From Anaerolineae bacterium (GTDB lineage Bacteria; Chloroflexota; Anaerolineae; Anaerolineales; UBA6663): a stretch of DNA of 64,000 nucleotides. The stretch is from the NCBI GenBank assembly GCA_037442085.1, contig JBBIQY010000004.1, forward strand, positions 1,440 to 65,439, given 5' to 3'. Below the pieces are notes generated by a model. That model saw only the letters and a list, made by a program, of their open reading frames with translations, was not told the DNA's origin and searched no databases. The position numbers were made by a program, and so were the translations under genes. Shown here piece by piece: positions 1 to 8,912 of this stretch. The first letter of the stretch is position 1. Each line of letters starts with the position of its first letter.

Positions 1-419
1 CCGCCGGCAAACAGGGCGCCGGCGGTGTAGGCCGGGTAGCCGGGGTCGGGCACCAGCACCACCTCGCCTTCGTTCACCACGGCCAGGTGCAGGTTGAATA
101 TCCCCTCCTTCGAGCCGATCAGCCCAAGCACTTCGGTCGTCGCGTCCAGCGCCACGCCGAAGCGGCGACGATACCACTCGGCCCAGGCGGCGCGGTATTC
201 GGGGATTCCGGCGTAGTTCTGGTAGCCGTGGTTGTGCGGGTCCCGCGCCGACTCTTCCAATGCGGCGACGATGTGCGGCGCGGACGGCATGTCCGGCGAG
301 CCGGCGTCCAGGCGGATGACCTCGCGGCCCTGCGCCTTCAGCTCCGCCAGCCTCTGGTTGAGCTGTTGAAAGAAGTAGGCCGGCAGGCGCTGCATGCGAG
401 TGGCGGGAGTGAAGGACAT
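1..419 (-). CDS. PLP-dependent class I/II aminotransferase (5' part only; gene continues past left edge)
   Basis: Reverse translation from ATG (comp. 417-419): MSFTPATRMQRLPAYFFQQLNQRLAELKAQGREVIRLDAGSPDMP...PHNHGYQNYAGIPEYRAAWA..., the N-terminal layout of LL-DAP/aspartate-type aminotransferases. Edge-truncated, so absent from the ORF track. Confidence 0.7.
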   Translation of the reverse strand, partial: MSFTPATRMQRLPAYFFQQLNQRLAELKAQGREVIRLDAGSPDMPSAPHIVAALEESARDPHNHGYQNYAGIPEYRAAWAEWYRRRFGVALDATTEVLGLIGSKEGIFNLHLAVVNEGEVVLVPDPGYPAYTAGALFAG

Positions 420-534
420 GGGATGATTGATGATTGATGGTTGATGCCGTTGCGTGCGCGGCAGGCCGGCAGGCGCTGCATGCGAGTGGCGGGAGTGAAG
501 GACATGGGATGATTGATGATTGATGGTTGATGCC
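377..534 (-). repeat. 72-nt perfect direct duplication (377-448 and 463-534, 14-nt spacer) covering the 29-nt leader and the first 14 codons of the aminotransferase
   Basis: Identical string aggccggcaggcgctgcatgcgagtggcgggagtgaaggacatgggatgattgatgattgatggttgatgcc read at both positions. Confidence 0.9.
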
Positions 535-671
535 TACTGACACCCGGCATCATAGCGGAGGTGGGGCAAAGCGGAAAGGGCCCCGCTCCTTTCTCCGGCT
601 GGCTGAAGGGCTAGGGCCGAGGGGACGAAAGGGGTAAAATCTAACCCACACTCGCCCGCCCGGAGGCCCGC

Positions 672-2144
672 ATGCCCCGATCCGAACCGTTCTCCAGCGT
701 GGACGCCGCCTGGCTACACATGGACAAGCCGACCAACATGGCGCTTATCGTCGGGGTGATGATGTTCGATGCGCCGCTCAACGTGAAACGCCTCCGGGCC
801 ACCCTCGAACATCGCCTGCTGCCGTTCTTCCCGCGCTTCACCCAGCGCGTGCGCGAGCCGAGGCTGGGGCTGGGCCTGCCGCGCTGGGAAACGGCGCCCG
901 ACTTCGACCTCGACGACCATCTGCACCGCCTCGAGCTGCCCGCGCCCGGCGACGAGGCTGTGCTACAAACGCTGGCCGGTGAGCTGATGAGCCGTCCGCT
1001 CGACCGCGCCAAGCCGCTCTGGCAGATGTACGTGGTCGAACGCTATGGGGCGGGCAGCGCCCTCATCAGTTGCCTCCATCACTGCCTGGCCGACGGGCTG
1101 GCGCTGGTGCAGGTGCTGCTCTCGCTCACCGACTCCGACTCGAAGGCGCCCTGGCCCAAAGCGCCCACATCCGCCAAGCGCCGCCGCCAACGCCCCTGGC
1201 TCACGCGCCTGCTGGCGCAGACCGTGAAGGCCGTGGATCAGACTCGCGCCGTCGCCGAAAGCCTGGCGCAGGAGGGGCTGGAGGCGCTCACGCATCCATT
1301 CCAGATCGCCGAGCGGCTGGCCGTGGGCGCAAGCTTCGGCCTGGCCCTGGGCAAGCTCACCCTGCTCAGCCCGGACCGCAAGACTCTCCTCAAAGGACGG
1401 TGCGGCGTGCCCAAGCGCGTGGCCTGGAGCGAACGGCTGTCGCTGGCCGAGGTCAAGGCGGTGGGCCAGGCGCTGAACGGCACGGTGAACGATGTGCTGC
1501 TGGCCGCCGCCGTCGGCGGGCTGCGCCGTTACCTGGAGAGCCGCGGTCAGCCGGTGGCCGGGCTGAACGTGCGCGCGCTGGTGCCCGTCAACCTGCGCCC
1601 TCCGGAGGCGCTAGCCGAGATGGGCAACCGGTTCGGGCTGGTGCCGCTCTCACTGCCGGTAGGCGTGCGCGACCCGCTGCGCCGCATCCGCGTGCTCAAG
1701 GCGCGCATGGACGCCATCAAGGACACGCCCGAGGCCGTCGTCGCCTTCCACATCCTCGGCGCCATGGGGCTGACGCCCGTTCAGATCGAAGAGCTGATCG
1801 TCAAATTCTTTGCCGCGAAAGCCTCGGCGGTGATGACCAACGTGCCCGGCCCGCGCGAGGTGGTGTACCTGGCCGGACGGCCCCTCCGCGGCATCATGTT
1901 CTGGGTGCCGCAGCCGGGCAACCTGGCGTTGGGCGTCAGCATCCTGAGTTACGCGGGCGAGGTATGCGTGGGCGTCGCCACGGACGCCGGCCTGCTGCCC
2001 GACCCGCAAGCCATCGTCGCCGGCGTGCTGACCGAGTTCACGGCGATGAAGCAGGCGGTGCTGCCGCAGCCCAGGCCGAAACGCCCGGCGAATCGCCCGC
2101 CGCAGCCCGCGCGCAAGCTGCGGCGCAAAGTCGGGGCGGGCTGA
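672..2144 (+). CDS. Wax ester synthase/diacylglycerol acyltransferase (WS/DGAT) family
   Basis: 490-aa ORF. N-terminal SSVDAAWLHMD, catalytic HHxxxDG motif (HHCLADG), C-terminal NVPGP motif; high GC3. Confidence 0.8.
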   Translation: MPRSEPFSSVDAAWLHMDKPTNMALIVGVMMFDAPLNVKRLRATLEHRLLPFFPRFTQRVREPRLGLGLPRWETAPDFDLDDHLHRLELPAPGDEAVLQTLAGELMSRPLDRAKPLWQMYVVERYGAGSALISCLHHCLADGLALVQVLLSLTDSDSKAPWPKAPTSAKRRRQRPWLTRLLAQTVKAVDQTRAVAESLAQEGLEALTHPFQIAERLAVGASFGLALGKLTLLSPDRKTLLKGRCGVPKRVAWSERLSLAEVKAVGQALNGTVNDVLLAAAVGGLRRYLESRGQPVAGLNVRALVPVNLRPPEALAEMGNRFGLVPLSLPVGVRDPLRRIRVLKARMDAIKDTPEAVVAFHILGAMGLTPVQIEELIVKFFAAKASAVMTNVPGPREVVYLAGRPLRGIMFWVPQPGNLALGVSILSYAGEVCVGVATDAGLLPDPQAIVAGVLTEFTAMKQAVLPQPRPKRPANRPPQPARKLRRKVGAG

Positions 2145-2168
2145 AACCGTTGCGCCGAGGAACGCCAC

Positions 2169-2825
2169 ATGCGCCTGGGACCATTCCGAGTCCGAGTCTC
2201 CAAACAGGCGGAGCGCCTGAACTTCAACGCCCTGCCGCCGCGCGAACGCGGGCAATTGGGCAGCGGCCTGATCTATGACGAAACGCGCCACGCCGTCTTC
2301 CGCTTCGATGTCTTTCTGGACTTCCTCAGCCAGAGCGGCGGGACGAAGCGCACGCGGCGGCGCAAGGATTTCGCCCTGGCCGACCTGCTCATCGTGCAGG
2401 CGCAATCCCCAACGCCCCGGCTGCGCTTCTTGCGCCTCTACCCGGCCTCACAGCGCCGTTCCGGCCAGCCCGAGCCGGACATCGGCGGCGAGATCAAGGC
2501 CGAGGTCAGCGCGCCGGTCGGCGTCAAGCTATCCATCTCCGGCCTCCTCAAAGACCTGATCCGGCGCCAGCCCGAGCTGATGATCATCGCCCAGCACAAC
2601 GACTCGCTGGCGCAGTGGCTGTTCCTCAAGCCGTACCTGGACTCGGGCGCGGAGTTTCGGCTATTGGTGTTGTGCGAGCTAGATGGCAACCTGCCGGCGC
2701 GCCACCTGCGCTGCCACGTCTCGGTGCAGGCCAAAGGCCGCGAGATCGAGGCCGCCTATCATCGGCGAATCCTGCTGCCGGAGGCCGATCCGGCGCAGAT
2801 AACTCAACAAGGAGCTGGACCATGA
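2169..2825 (+). CDS. Hypothetical protein, no family recognised
   Basis: 218-aa ORF with genome-typical high GC3. Its stop overlaps the next start as ATGA (2822-2825). Confidence 0.5.
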   Translation: MRLGPFRVRVSKQAERLNFNALPPRERGQLGSGLIYDETRHAVFRFDVFLDFLSQSGGTKRTRRRKDFALADLLIVQAQSPTPRLRFLRLYPASQRRSGQPEPDIGGEIKAEVSAPVGVKLSISGLLKDLIRRQPELMIIAQHNDSLAQWLFLKPYLDSGAEFRLLVLCELDGNLPARHLRCHVSVQAKGREIEAAYHRRILLPEADPAQITQQGAGP

Positions 2826-3124
2826 AGTTTCTGATTTTGTGGGAACTGGAACTGGCGCGGCTGCGGCCCGAGATGATTCAGGCCGTGATGCGCATGCCGG
2901 ACTACGCCGCCAGACTCAAGGAGGCCGGCAAGCTCGTCGCCCGCTACCACCTCGTGGGCCGGCACGGCGGCGCGTGGATCTACGACGTGACCTCCAACGA
3001 GGAGCTGGAGCGCCTGCTGGCGACGGCCCCGGTGTACAACTTCGCCCACTACCAGGTGCTGCCGCTGGCAGAGATGGACACCCCGGCCTTCGTCGTGCAG
3101 CCGCCGGCAGAGGGCAGCGTATGA
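2822..3124 (+). CDS. Small dimeric alpha/beta-barrel protein, muconolactone delta-isomerase-like
   Basis: 100 aa, MKFLILWELELARL...GKLVARYHLVGRHGGAWIYDVTSNEELERLLATAPVYNF..YQVLPL resembles the MIase-like fold family. ATGA overlaps at both ends (2822, 3121). Confidence 0.5.
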   Translation: MKFLILWELELARLRPEMIQAVMRMPDYAARLKEAGKLVARYHLVGRHGGAWIYDVTSNEELERLLATAPVYNFAHYQVLPLAEMDTPAFVVQPPAEGSV

Positions 3125-4251
3125 TCCTCCCCGCCAATCCCCGCGCCGCCTACGAACGCTATCGCGTCGAGATCAATTCCGCCATCCGCCGCGTGCTCGA
3201 ATCCGGGCGCTACATCCTCGGCCCGGAGACGCTCGCCTTCGAGCGTGAGTTCGCGGACTGGCTCGGCGTGAAGCATGCGCTGGGCGTGGCCTCCGGCACC
3301 GAGGCGCTTTGGCTGGCGCTGCGTGCGGCAGGCCTCGGCGCAGCCGATGAGATCATCGTGCCCTCACTGACGGCCAGCGCCACACTGGCGGCGATCGTGG
3401 AGGCCGGCGCGCGCCCGGTCTTCGTCGAACTTTCACCGGATACCCTCACGCTCGACCCGGAGGCCGTGTCGCGGGCGATCACCTCGCCGAACGGCGCGCG
3501 CATACGCGCCCTTGTCCCCGTCCACCTGTACGGCAACCCGGCAGATATGACGGCGCTGACGGCCCTGGCGCAGGCGCACAACCTGATCATCATCGAAGAC
3601 TGCGCGCAGGCGCACGGCGCGCGGCATGGCGAGCGCAAGGTGGGGACGTTCGGCCTGGCTGCGGCCTGGAGCTTTTACCCGACGAAGAACCTGGGCGCGT
3701 TCGGCGACGGCGGGCTGGTGACGACGGACGACGACGAGACTGCCGAGAAGCTGCGGTTGCTGAGAGAATACGGCTGGGCCGAGCGTTACCACAGCGCCAC
3801 CCACGGCTGGAACTCGCGCCTGGATGAATTGCACGCCGCCATGCTGCGCGTGCGGCTGGCACACCTGGATGCGGACAACGCCCGCCGCCGCGAGATCGCC
3901 GCGCGCTATCGCGCCGGTCTGCCGCCGCAGTTGCCGAGCTTTGCCGCCCGGCCCGGCGACACGGGCGTGGAGCATCTCTTCGTCGTGCGGCATCCGCAGC
4001 GCGACCGGCTGCGCGAACGCCTGCAACAGCTCGGCGTGGGCACGACCATCCAGTACCCGCTGGCCTGCCACGAGCAGACCGCCTACGCACCGTTCGGCGG
4101 CGGCCCCGGCTCGCTGCCCATTACCGAACGCGCCACGCGCGAGATCGTCAGCCTGCCGATGTACCCGGAGTTGACGGACGCCGAGGTCGAGGCCGTGATC
4201 GCCGCCGCGCGCCAGGCCGTGGCCGAGCTGGAGGCCGGCGGGCCGCGTTAG
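3121..4251 (+). CDS. DegT/DnrJ/EryC1/StrS-family (sugar) aminotransferase
   Basis: MILPANP...YILGPETLAFEREFADWLG..HALGVASGTEALWLAL...; PLP-lysine context SFYPTKNLGAFGDGG. Start chosen at the ATGA overlap with the upstream gene. Confidence 0.8.
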   Translation: MILPANPRAAYERYRVEINSAIRRVLESGRYILGPETLAFEREFADWLGVKHALGVASGTEALWLALRAAGLGAADEIIVPSLTASATLAAIVEAGARPVFVELSPDTLTLDPEAVSRAITSPNGARIRALVPVHLYGNPADMTALTALAQAHNLIIIEDCAQAHGARHGERKVGTFGLAAAWSFYPTKNLGAFGDGGLVTTDDDETAEKLRLLREYGWAERYHSATHGWNSRLDELHAAMLRVRLAHLDADNARRREIAARYRAGLPPQLPSFAARPGDTGVEHLFVVRHPQRDRLRERLQQLGVGTTIQYPLACHEQTAYAPFGGGPGSLPITERATREIVSLPMYPELTDAEVEAVIAAARQAVAELEAGGPR

Positions 4252-4288
4252 ACCCGCGCGCGCAGGGGCAATCTGCGCCTCGCCCGTA

Positions 4289-6580
4289 CTAGTTCAACTT
4301 GACCGCCCACCCCTGCGGATCGTCCGCGCGCTGAGTTTCGCCGCCGCCGAGCACTTTCACCCGCGCGGTCCGGGCCGGCGGCGTGTAGCGACCCTCCCGC
4401 GGGAGGGCGCGCAGCGTCAGCCCGTCGCCGGAGCGCCGCAGCTCGTAGCGCGTGACGCACCACTCGCCGCGCTCATAAGCAAAGGTGTGGCCATCGTCCT
4501 CGTACAACACGCCCTCGCCTTCGCCGGGGACAACGAGCAGGGTGAGCGCGCTCATCGTGGTGCGCGGGTTTTCGTCGGTATGCTGCAGCTCGGGGCCGAG
4601 CGGAATGATCGCGCCGGCCCGCGCGTACAGCGGCATCCGTTCCAGCGGCGCGTGCGCCAGCACATGCGTCGGCCCATCGAAACGCTCTCCGGTGTGCCAA
4701 TCCACCCACGCGCCCGCCGGCAGATACACGGCGCGGTGCGTCTGGCCGGGACGCAGGATGGGCGCGGCCAGCAGGCTCGGACCAAGCATCACCTGATCAT
4801 GCAGATACGCGGTCTGCGAGTCGTCGGGGAAGTGATAGAGCAACGGGCGCAGGATCGGCGCGCCGGTCTGCGCCGCCTCCCAGAACAAGGTGTACAGATA
4901 CGGCAGCAGCCGGTAACGCAGGTTGAGATAGTCGCGGTAGATGGACTCGATGCGCTCGCCGAAGACCCATGGCTCCTGCCGCGCCGTATCCCACGCCGAA
5001 TGATTGCGGCAGAACGGCAAGAGGGCGCCCACCTGAATCCAGCGCGCCAGCAGCTCGCCGGAGACGTTGCCGCCGAAGCCGCCGATATCCACGCCGACGA
5101 AGGGGACGCCGCTCAGCCCCATGTTACAGAGCTGCGGCAGCGCCGCTTCGAGATGTTCCCACCAGGAGCTGTTGTCGCCCATCCAGCACGCCGACCAGCG
5201 CTGGATGCCGGCGTAGCCAGAGCGCGTGAGCACGAAGGGGCGCTCGTCCCCCAGCAATCGGCGCAGGCCCTCGTACGAGGCGCGCGCCATCTGCAGGCCG
5301 TAGAGGTTGTGCAGTTCGGCATGAGTGGTCGGCTCGTCCGCCGGCCCCTGCACCGCGTCCAGCGGCAGCGTCCCTACGCCTCCGCCGCCCGCGCTGAACG
5401 GCTTATCGAAGATCACCGGCTCGTTCATGTCGTTCCACACGCCACTGACGCCGGCCTCGGTCAGCACGCGCTGCAACCCGCCCCACCAGGCCCGTACCTC
5501 GGGCCGCGCAAAATCCGCAAACACCGCGTCATCCGGCCAGACATAGCCGTGCACCACCTCTCCGTCGGCCCGGCGGATGAAGTAATCGTGGGCCAGGCCC
5601 TGGCGATAGACCGTATAGTCCGGGTCGGCCTTGACGCCGGGGTCAATGATGGTGACGACGCGGAAGCCTGCTTCGTTGAGATCCGCGATGAGAGATTTGG
5701 GATTCGGAAACCGCTCGGGGTGCCAGGTGAAGACGCGATAACCGTGCATGTAGTCAATATCGAAGTGGAGGACATCGCAGGGCAGGCGCCGTGCGCGGAA
5801 CTCTTCGGCAAGCCGACGGATTTCCTCGGCGGATTGATACCCCCAGCGGCTCTGGTGATGGCCGAGCGACCAGCGCGGCGGCAGCGGCATCGCGCCCAGC
5901 AGATCGCGCCAGCTTTGCAACACCTCCGCCGGGGTTGGGCCGTAGGCCACATAGTAATCCAGCGCGCCGCCGTCCGTGCTCATCTGCAACACGCCGGGCC
6001 GCTCCCGGCCCACGTCGAAGCTGCTGCGCCAGGTGGTGTTGAAGAAGACGCCATAGGCCAGGCCCGGCTGAAGCGCGAGATAGAGCGGGATGGCGAGATA
6101 CATCTGCTCCAGGTCGTTGCCGTGTGCGCGTGCGGGGTCCGTCGTCCAGTTGACGAGGCGCTGGCCGGTCTTCTCCAGCAGGCCCATGCGCTGGCCGAAG
6201 CCGTAGAACCGTTCATCGGGCGCAATCTGCTTGTGCGCGCGGCGCTCGATCATCGGCTCCGCGTCAACGCAGAAGGCGCGGCCGGCTGCATCCGCGAAGC
6301 CGAGTTGCGGCGCGTGGCGCTGGAGGGACACCGTCACAGCCTCGGTCTTCAAAGTGACCGCGTCGGCGGCTGCCTTCGCAGAGCGAAGGACGTCCACCAC
6401 AAACGGAACCGGCGCAAAGGCCTCCTCGGCCCTGGCGACCGCCCACGAGCGGCGCGGTGCAAACCGGCCGTCCGGCGCAAAGCGCACGCGGAACAGGCGC
6501 GGAGTCAGAACTGTGAGGGACAGTCGCGCGCCGGCATAATCGAGCTGAAGCAAACGAGAGTCGGCGGCGAAAGAAGTCAT
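4289..6580 (-). CDS. Glycoside hydrolase family 31 alpha-glucosidase
   Basis: 763 aa. HFDIDYM, nucleophile-region WNDMNEP, GVDIGGF and CRNHS motifs typical of GH31. Confidence 0.85.
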   Translation of the reverse strand: MTSFAADSRLLQLDYAGARLSLTVLTPRLFRVRFAPDGRFAPRRSWAVARAEEAFAPVPFVVDVLRSAKAAADAVTLKTEAVTVSLQRHAPQLGFADAAGRAFCVDAEPMIERRAHKQIAPDERFYGFGQRMGLLEKTGQRLVNWTTDPARAHGNDLEQMYLAIPLYLALQPGLAYGVFFNTTWRSSFDVGRERPGVLQMSTDGGALDYYVAYGPTPAEVLQSWRDLLGAMPLPPRWSLGHHQSRWGYQSAEEIRRLAEEFRARRLPCDVLHFDIDYMHGYRVFTWHPERFPNPKSLIADLNEAGFRVVTIIDPGVKADPDYTVYRQGLAHDYFIRRADGEVVHGYVWPDDAVFADFARPEVRAWWGGLQRVLTEAGVSGVWNDMNEPVIFDKPFSAGGGGVGTLPLDAVQGPADEPTTHAELHNLYGLQMARASYEGLRRLLGDERPFVLTRSGYAGIQRWSACWMGDNSSWWEHLEAALPQLCNMGLSGVPFVGVDIGGFGGNVSGELLARWIQVGALLPFCRNHSAWDTARQEPWVFGERIESIYRDYLNLRYRLLPYLYTLFWEAAQTGAPILRPLLYHFPDDSQTAYLHDQVMLGPSLLAAPILRPGQTHRAVYLPAGAWVDWHTGERFDGPTHVLAHAPLERMPLYARAGAIIPLGPELQHTDENPRTTMSALTLLVVPGEGEGVLYEDDGHTFAYERGEWCVTRYELRRSGDGLTLRALPREGRYTPPARTARVKVLGGGETQRADDPQGWAVKLN

Positions 6581-6618
6581 GACGTTTTACAGTGGAAAAA
6601 CGACGGATCGCTTTGCAG

Positions 6619-6668
6619 CGAATTTCGCGAATGAGCACGAATCCCGGCTCGGTCGTTCGCGAAATTCG
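6619..6668 (-). terminator. 13-bp perfect inverted repeat (CGAATTTCGCGAA / TTCGCGAAATTCG, 24-nt loop) downstream of the opp operon
   Basis: Arms at 6619-6631 and 6656-6668, between the oppF stop (6721) and the GH31 start (6580). No adjacent U-tract. Confidence 0.3.
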
Positions 6669-6720
6669 AGCAACTCGATCCAAAGAAGCGTTCAATCACC
6701 CGGGTCATAAAGCCAAGAGG

Positions 6721-7803
6721 TCATTGCCCGTTTACCAGCCAACAGGCTGCCTGGTGCTGCTGTGGGCTGACCGCTGACGGCTGACCGCTGACGGTCACGA
6801 GTTGAGGGTCAACGTGCGGGCAACGCTCGAAGGCAACGGGGCAGCGCGGGTGAAAGCGGCAGCCGCTGGGGAGGTCGAGGGGATTGGGCGTCTCGCCCTG
6901 CAGGATGACGCGCTGGCGACGCAGGCGCGGGTTGGGCACGGGGATGACCGAGAGCAGCGCCCGGGTGTACGGGTGCTGCGGGTTCTTCAGCACCTCGCGC
7001 GTCGGGCCAAGCTCGACGATGCGGCCCAGGTACATCACGGCGATCCGGTCGGCGAAGTAGGCGACGGTGCTCAAGTCATGGGTGATGAAGAGCAGGCTGA
7101 TGCCGCGCGTCCGGCGCAGGTCACGCAACAGGTTGAGGATTTCCGCGCGCACCGACACGTCGAGCATCGAGACCGGTTCGTCGGCAATGAGCAGTTCGGG
7201 CTGAAGCACCAGCGCGGCGGCGATGACCACACGCTGGCGCTGGCCGCCGCTCAACTCATGCGGGTAACGAAACAGATAATCCTGGGCGGGGCGCAGGCCG
7301 GCGTCCTCCAGTGCCCCGGTGGCGCGGGCCAGTCGGTCGGCGCGCCGACGGGCCAGGCCGTGCACCTCCAGCGGCTCGGAGACGATGTCGAATATCGTGG
7401 CGCGCGGGTTGAGCGATTCGTACGGGTCCTGAAAGACCATCTGTGCGCGTTGACGCAGAGCACGGAGGGCGAGCCGGGCCGGCATCGCCTTCGGGTCTTC
7501 GAGGCTGTGGCGCTGCGTTTCCAGCGTAAGCATGGCCGCGCGCACGCGCCGCGCCTGCGCGCCGGTGAGTTGCCCGTTGAACAGGATCTCGCCCTCCATC
7601 TGTTCCTCCAGGCCGATGAGAGTCCTGGCAATCGTCGTCTTGCCACAGCCGCTTTCGCCGACCAGCGCCAGCACCTCGCCGCGCGCCAGCGCAAACGAGA
7701 CGCCATCCACGGCCTTCACCAGCTTGGGCGGCCGGCGGGCCAGCAGCTCCGGCAAGGTGCGCGCCACCGGAAAATGCTTGACCAGGTTGCGGACTTCCAG
7801 CAT
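6721..7803 (-). CDS. Oligopeptide/dipeptide ABC transporter ATP-binding protein (OppF/DppF-like)
   Basis: Walker A GESGCGKTT, signature LSGGQRQR, Walker B LLIADEP, C-terminal CxFxxRC...AACW oligopeptide tail. Start trimmed to MLEVRNLVKHF so it does not overlap the upstream gene. Confidence 0.85.
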   Translation of the reverse strand: MLEVRNLVKHFPVARTLPELLARRPPKLVKAVDGVSFALARGEVLALVGESGCGKTTIARTLIGLEEQMEGEILFNGQLTGAQARRVRAAMLTLETQRHSLEDPKAMPARLALRALRQRAQMVFQDPYESLNPRATIFDIVSEPLEVHGLARRRADRLARATGALEDAGLRPAQDYLFRYPHELSGGQRQRVVIAAALVLQPELLIADEPVSMLDVSVRAEILNLLRDLRRTRGISLLFITHDLSTVAYFADRIAVMYLGRIVELGPTREVLKNPQHPYTRALLSVIPVPNPRLRRQRVILQGETPNPLDLPSGCRFHPRCPVAFERCPHVDPQLVTVSGQPSAVSPQQHQAACWLVNGQ

Positions 7804-7829
7804 CGGCGGCCCTTGCTGGGCGAAGGCGG

Positions 7830-8912
7830 TCACAGCCAGGCGACCTCCGTGCCGGAGCACAGGTGACAGGCAACGACATGCTTCAAGAAAGGAGTCTGAA
7901 GGAAGAGGGAAGAAGCAGCTTCGTCCGGCTTCCTGCTCCCCGCTTCCTGCAAGAGCGAAACATCAATCAGCTTTGGCGCAACCTGTGCGCACACTTCCAG
8001 CTTCTTGTGGCAACGCGGCTCGAAGCGGCAGCCGGGCGGCAGGGCGTTGAGGCGCGGCGGGTAGCCGGGGATGGAGGCGAGCGACTCGCCGGGCTGGTTG
8101 AGGTCGGGGAAGGCCTCCAGCAGACGCTGCGTGTAGGGATGCTGCGGCGCGTTGTACACGCGGTCGGCGGGGCCATACTCGACCACCTTGCCGCCGTACA
8201 TTACGGCCACCGAGTCGCAGGCCTCGGCCACCACGCCCAGGTCATGAGTCACCAGCACCAGCGCCAGGCCCAGTTCCTTCTGGATGGTTCTGAGCAGCTC
8301 CAGCACCTGAGCCTGTACCATGACGTCGAGGGCCGTCGTCGGCTCGTCGGCGAAGAGCAGGCGCGGCCGACAGGCCAGCGCCATCGCAATCATCGCGCGC
8401 TGGCGCATCCCGCCGGAATACTGGTGGGGATATTGTTCCTTGCGGCTCCTGGCGATGCCAACCAGGTCGAGCAAGGCCTCGACCCGCTCATCGGCGGCGG
8501 CCCGGTCTACGTCTTCGTGCAACAGGATGGCCTCGCGAATCTGGTGGCCGATGGTATAGACCGGGTTGAGCGCGTTCATGGCGCCCTGGAACACCATGGC
8601 GATCTCTTTCCAGCGGTAGCGGCGCATCTCGCGCTCGCTCAACATCAGCAGATCGGTTCCATCGAACCGCACCTGGCCGGCGGTGATGCGGCCCGCCGCC
8701 GGCAGCAGGCGCAGCAGCGAGAGCATCGTTGTGGTCTTGCCGCAGCCGCTCTCCCCCACCAGCCCCAGCGTCTCGCCCGGATGCACGTCGAAGGATACAT
8801 CCTCCAGCGCATGCACCACCGCGCCCTCGGCGCTCACGAAATCCGTGCTGAGGTGACGGACGCTCAGCAGGGGACGGGGAGCGGGGGAGCGGGGCTGGGT
8901 GTCACGCTTCAC
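7830..8912 (-). CDS. Oligopeptide/dipeptide ABC transporter ATP-binding protein (OppD/DppD-like)
   Basis: GESGCGKTT, YSGGMRQR, LLFADEPTTALD, C-terminal CRFEPRC...VACHL. Confidence 0.85.
   Translation of the reverse strand: MKRDTQPRSPAPRPLLSVRHLSTDFVSAEGAVVHALEDVSFDVHPGETLGLVGESGCGKTTTMLSLLRLLPAAGRITAGQVRFDGTDLLMLSEREMRRYRWKEIAMVFQGAMNALNPVYTIGHQIREAILLHEDVDRAAADERVEALLDLVGIARSRKEQYPHQYSGGMRQRAMIAMALACRPRLLFADEPTTALDVMVQAQVLELLRTIQKELGLALVLVTHDLGVVAEACDSVAVMYGGKVVEYGPADRVYNAPQHPYTQRLLEAFPDLNQPGESLASIPGYPPRLNALPPGCRFEPRCHKKLEVCAQVAPKLIDVSLLQEAGSRKPDEAASSLFLQTPFLKHVVACHLCSGTEVAWL

Noticed and set aside
4487-6634. Very long ORFs on the strand opposite recognised genes: 4487-6634 (+, 715 aa), 39727-42078 (-, 783 aa), 51573-53330 (+), 53709-55454 (+), 1070-2278 (+), 11387-12652 (+), 8899-9930 (+), 16647-17774 (+).
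   Set aside because: Their translations are Arg/Ala/Gly/Pro/His-rich low-complexity strings typical of off-frame or antisense reading in high-GC DNA. In each case the opposite strand encodes a protein with clear family motifs. They are shadow ORFs.
6766-6793. The 14-nt tandem duplication in oppF as a frameshift or pseudogene signal.
   Set aside because: With the duplication present, the conserved C-terminal H-x-x-A-C-W motif and the upstream CxFxxRC motif are in the same frame. The gene is therefore intact as it stands. It is kept only as a low-interest repeat observation.
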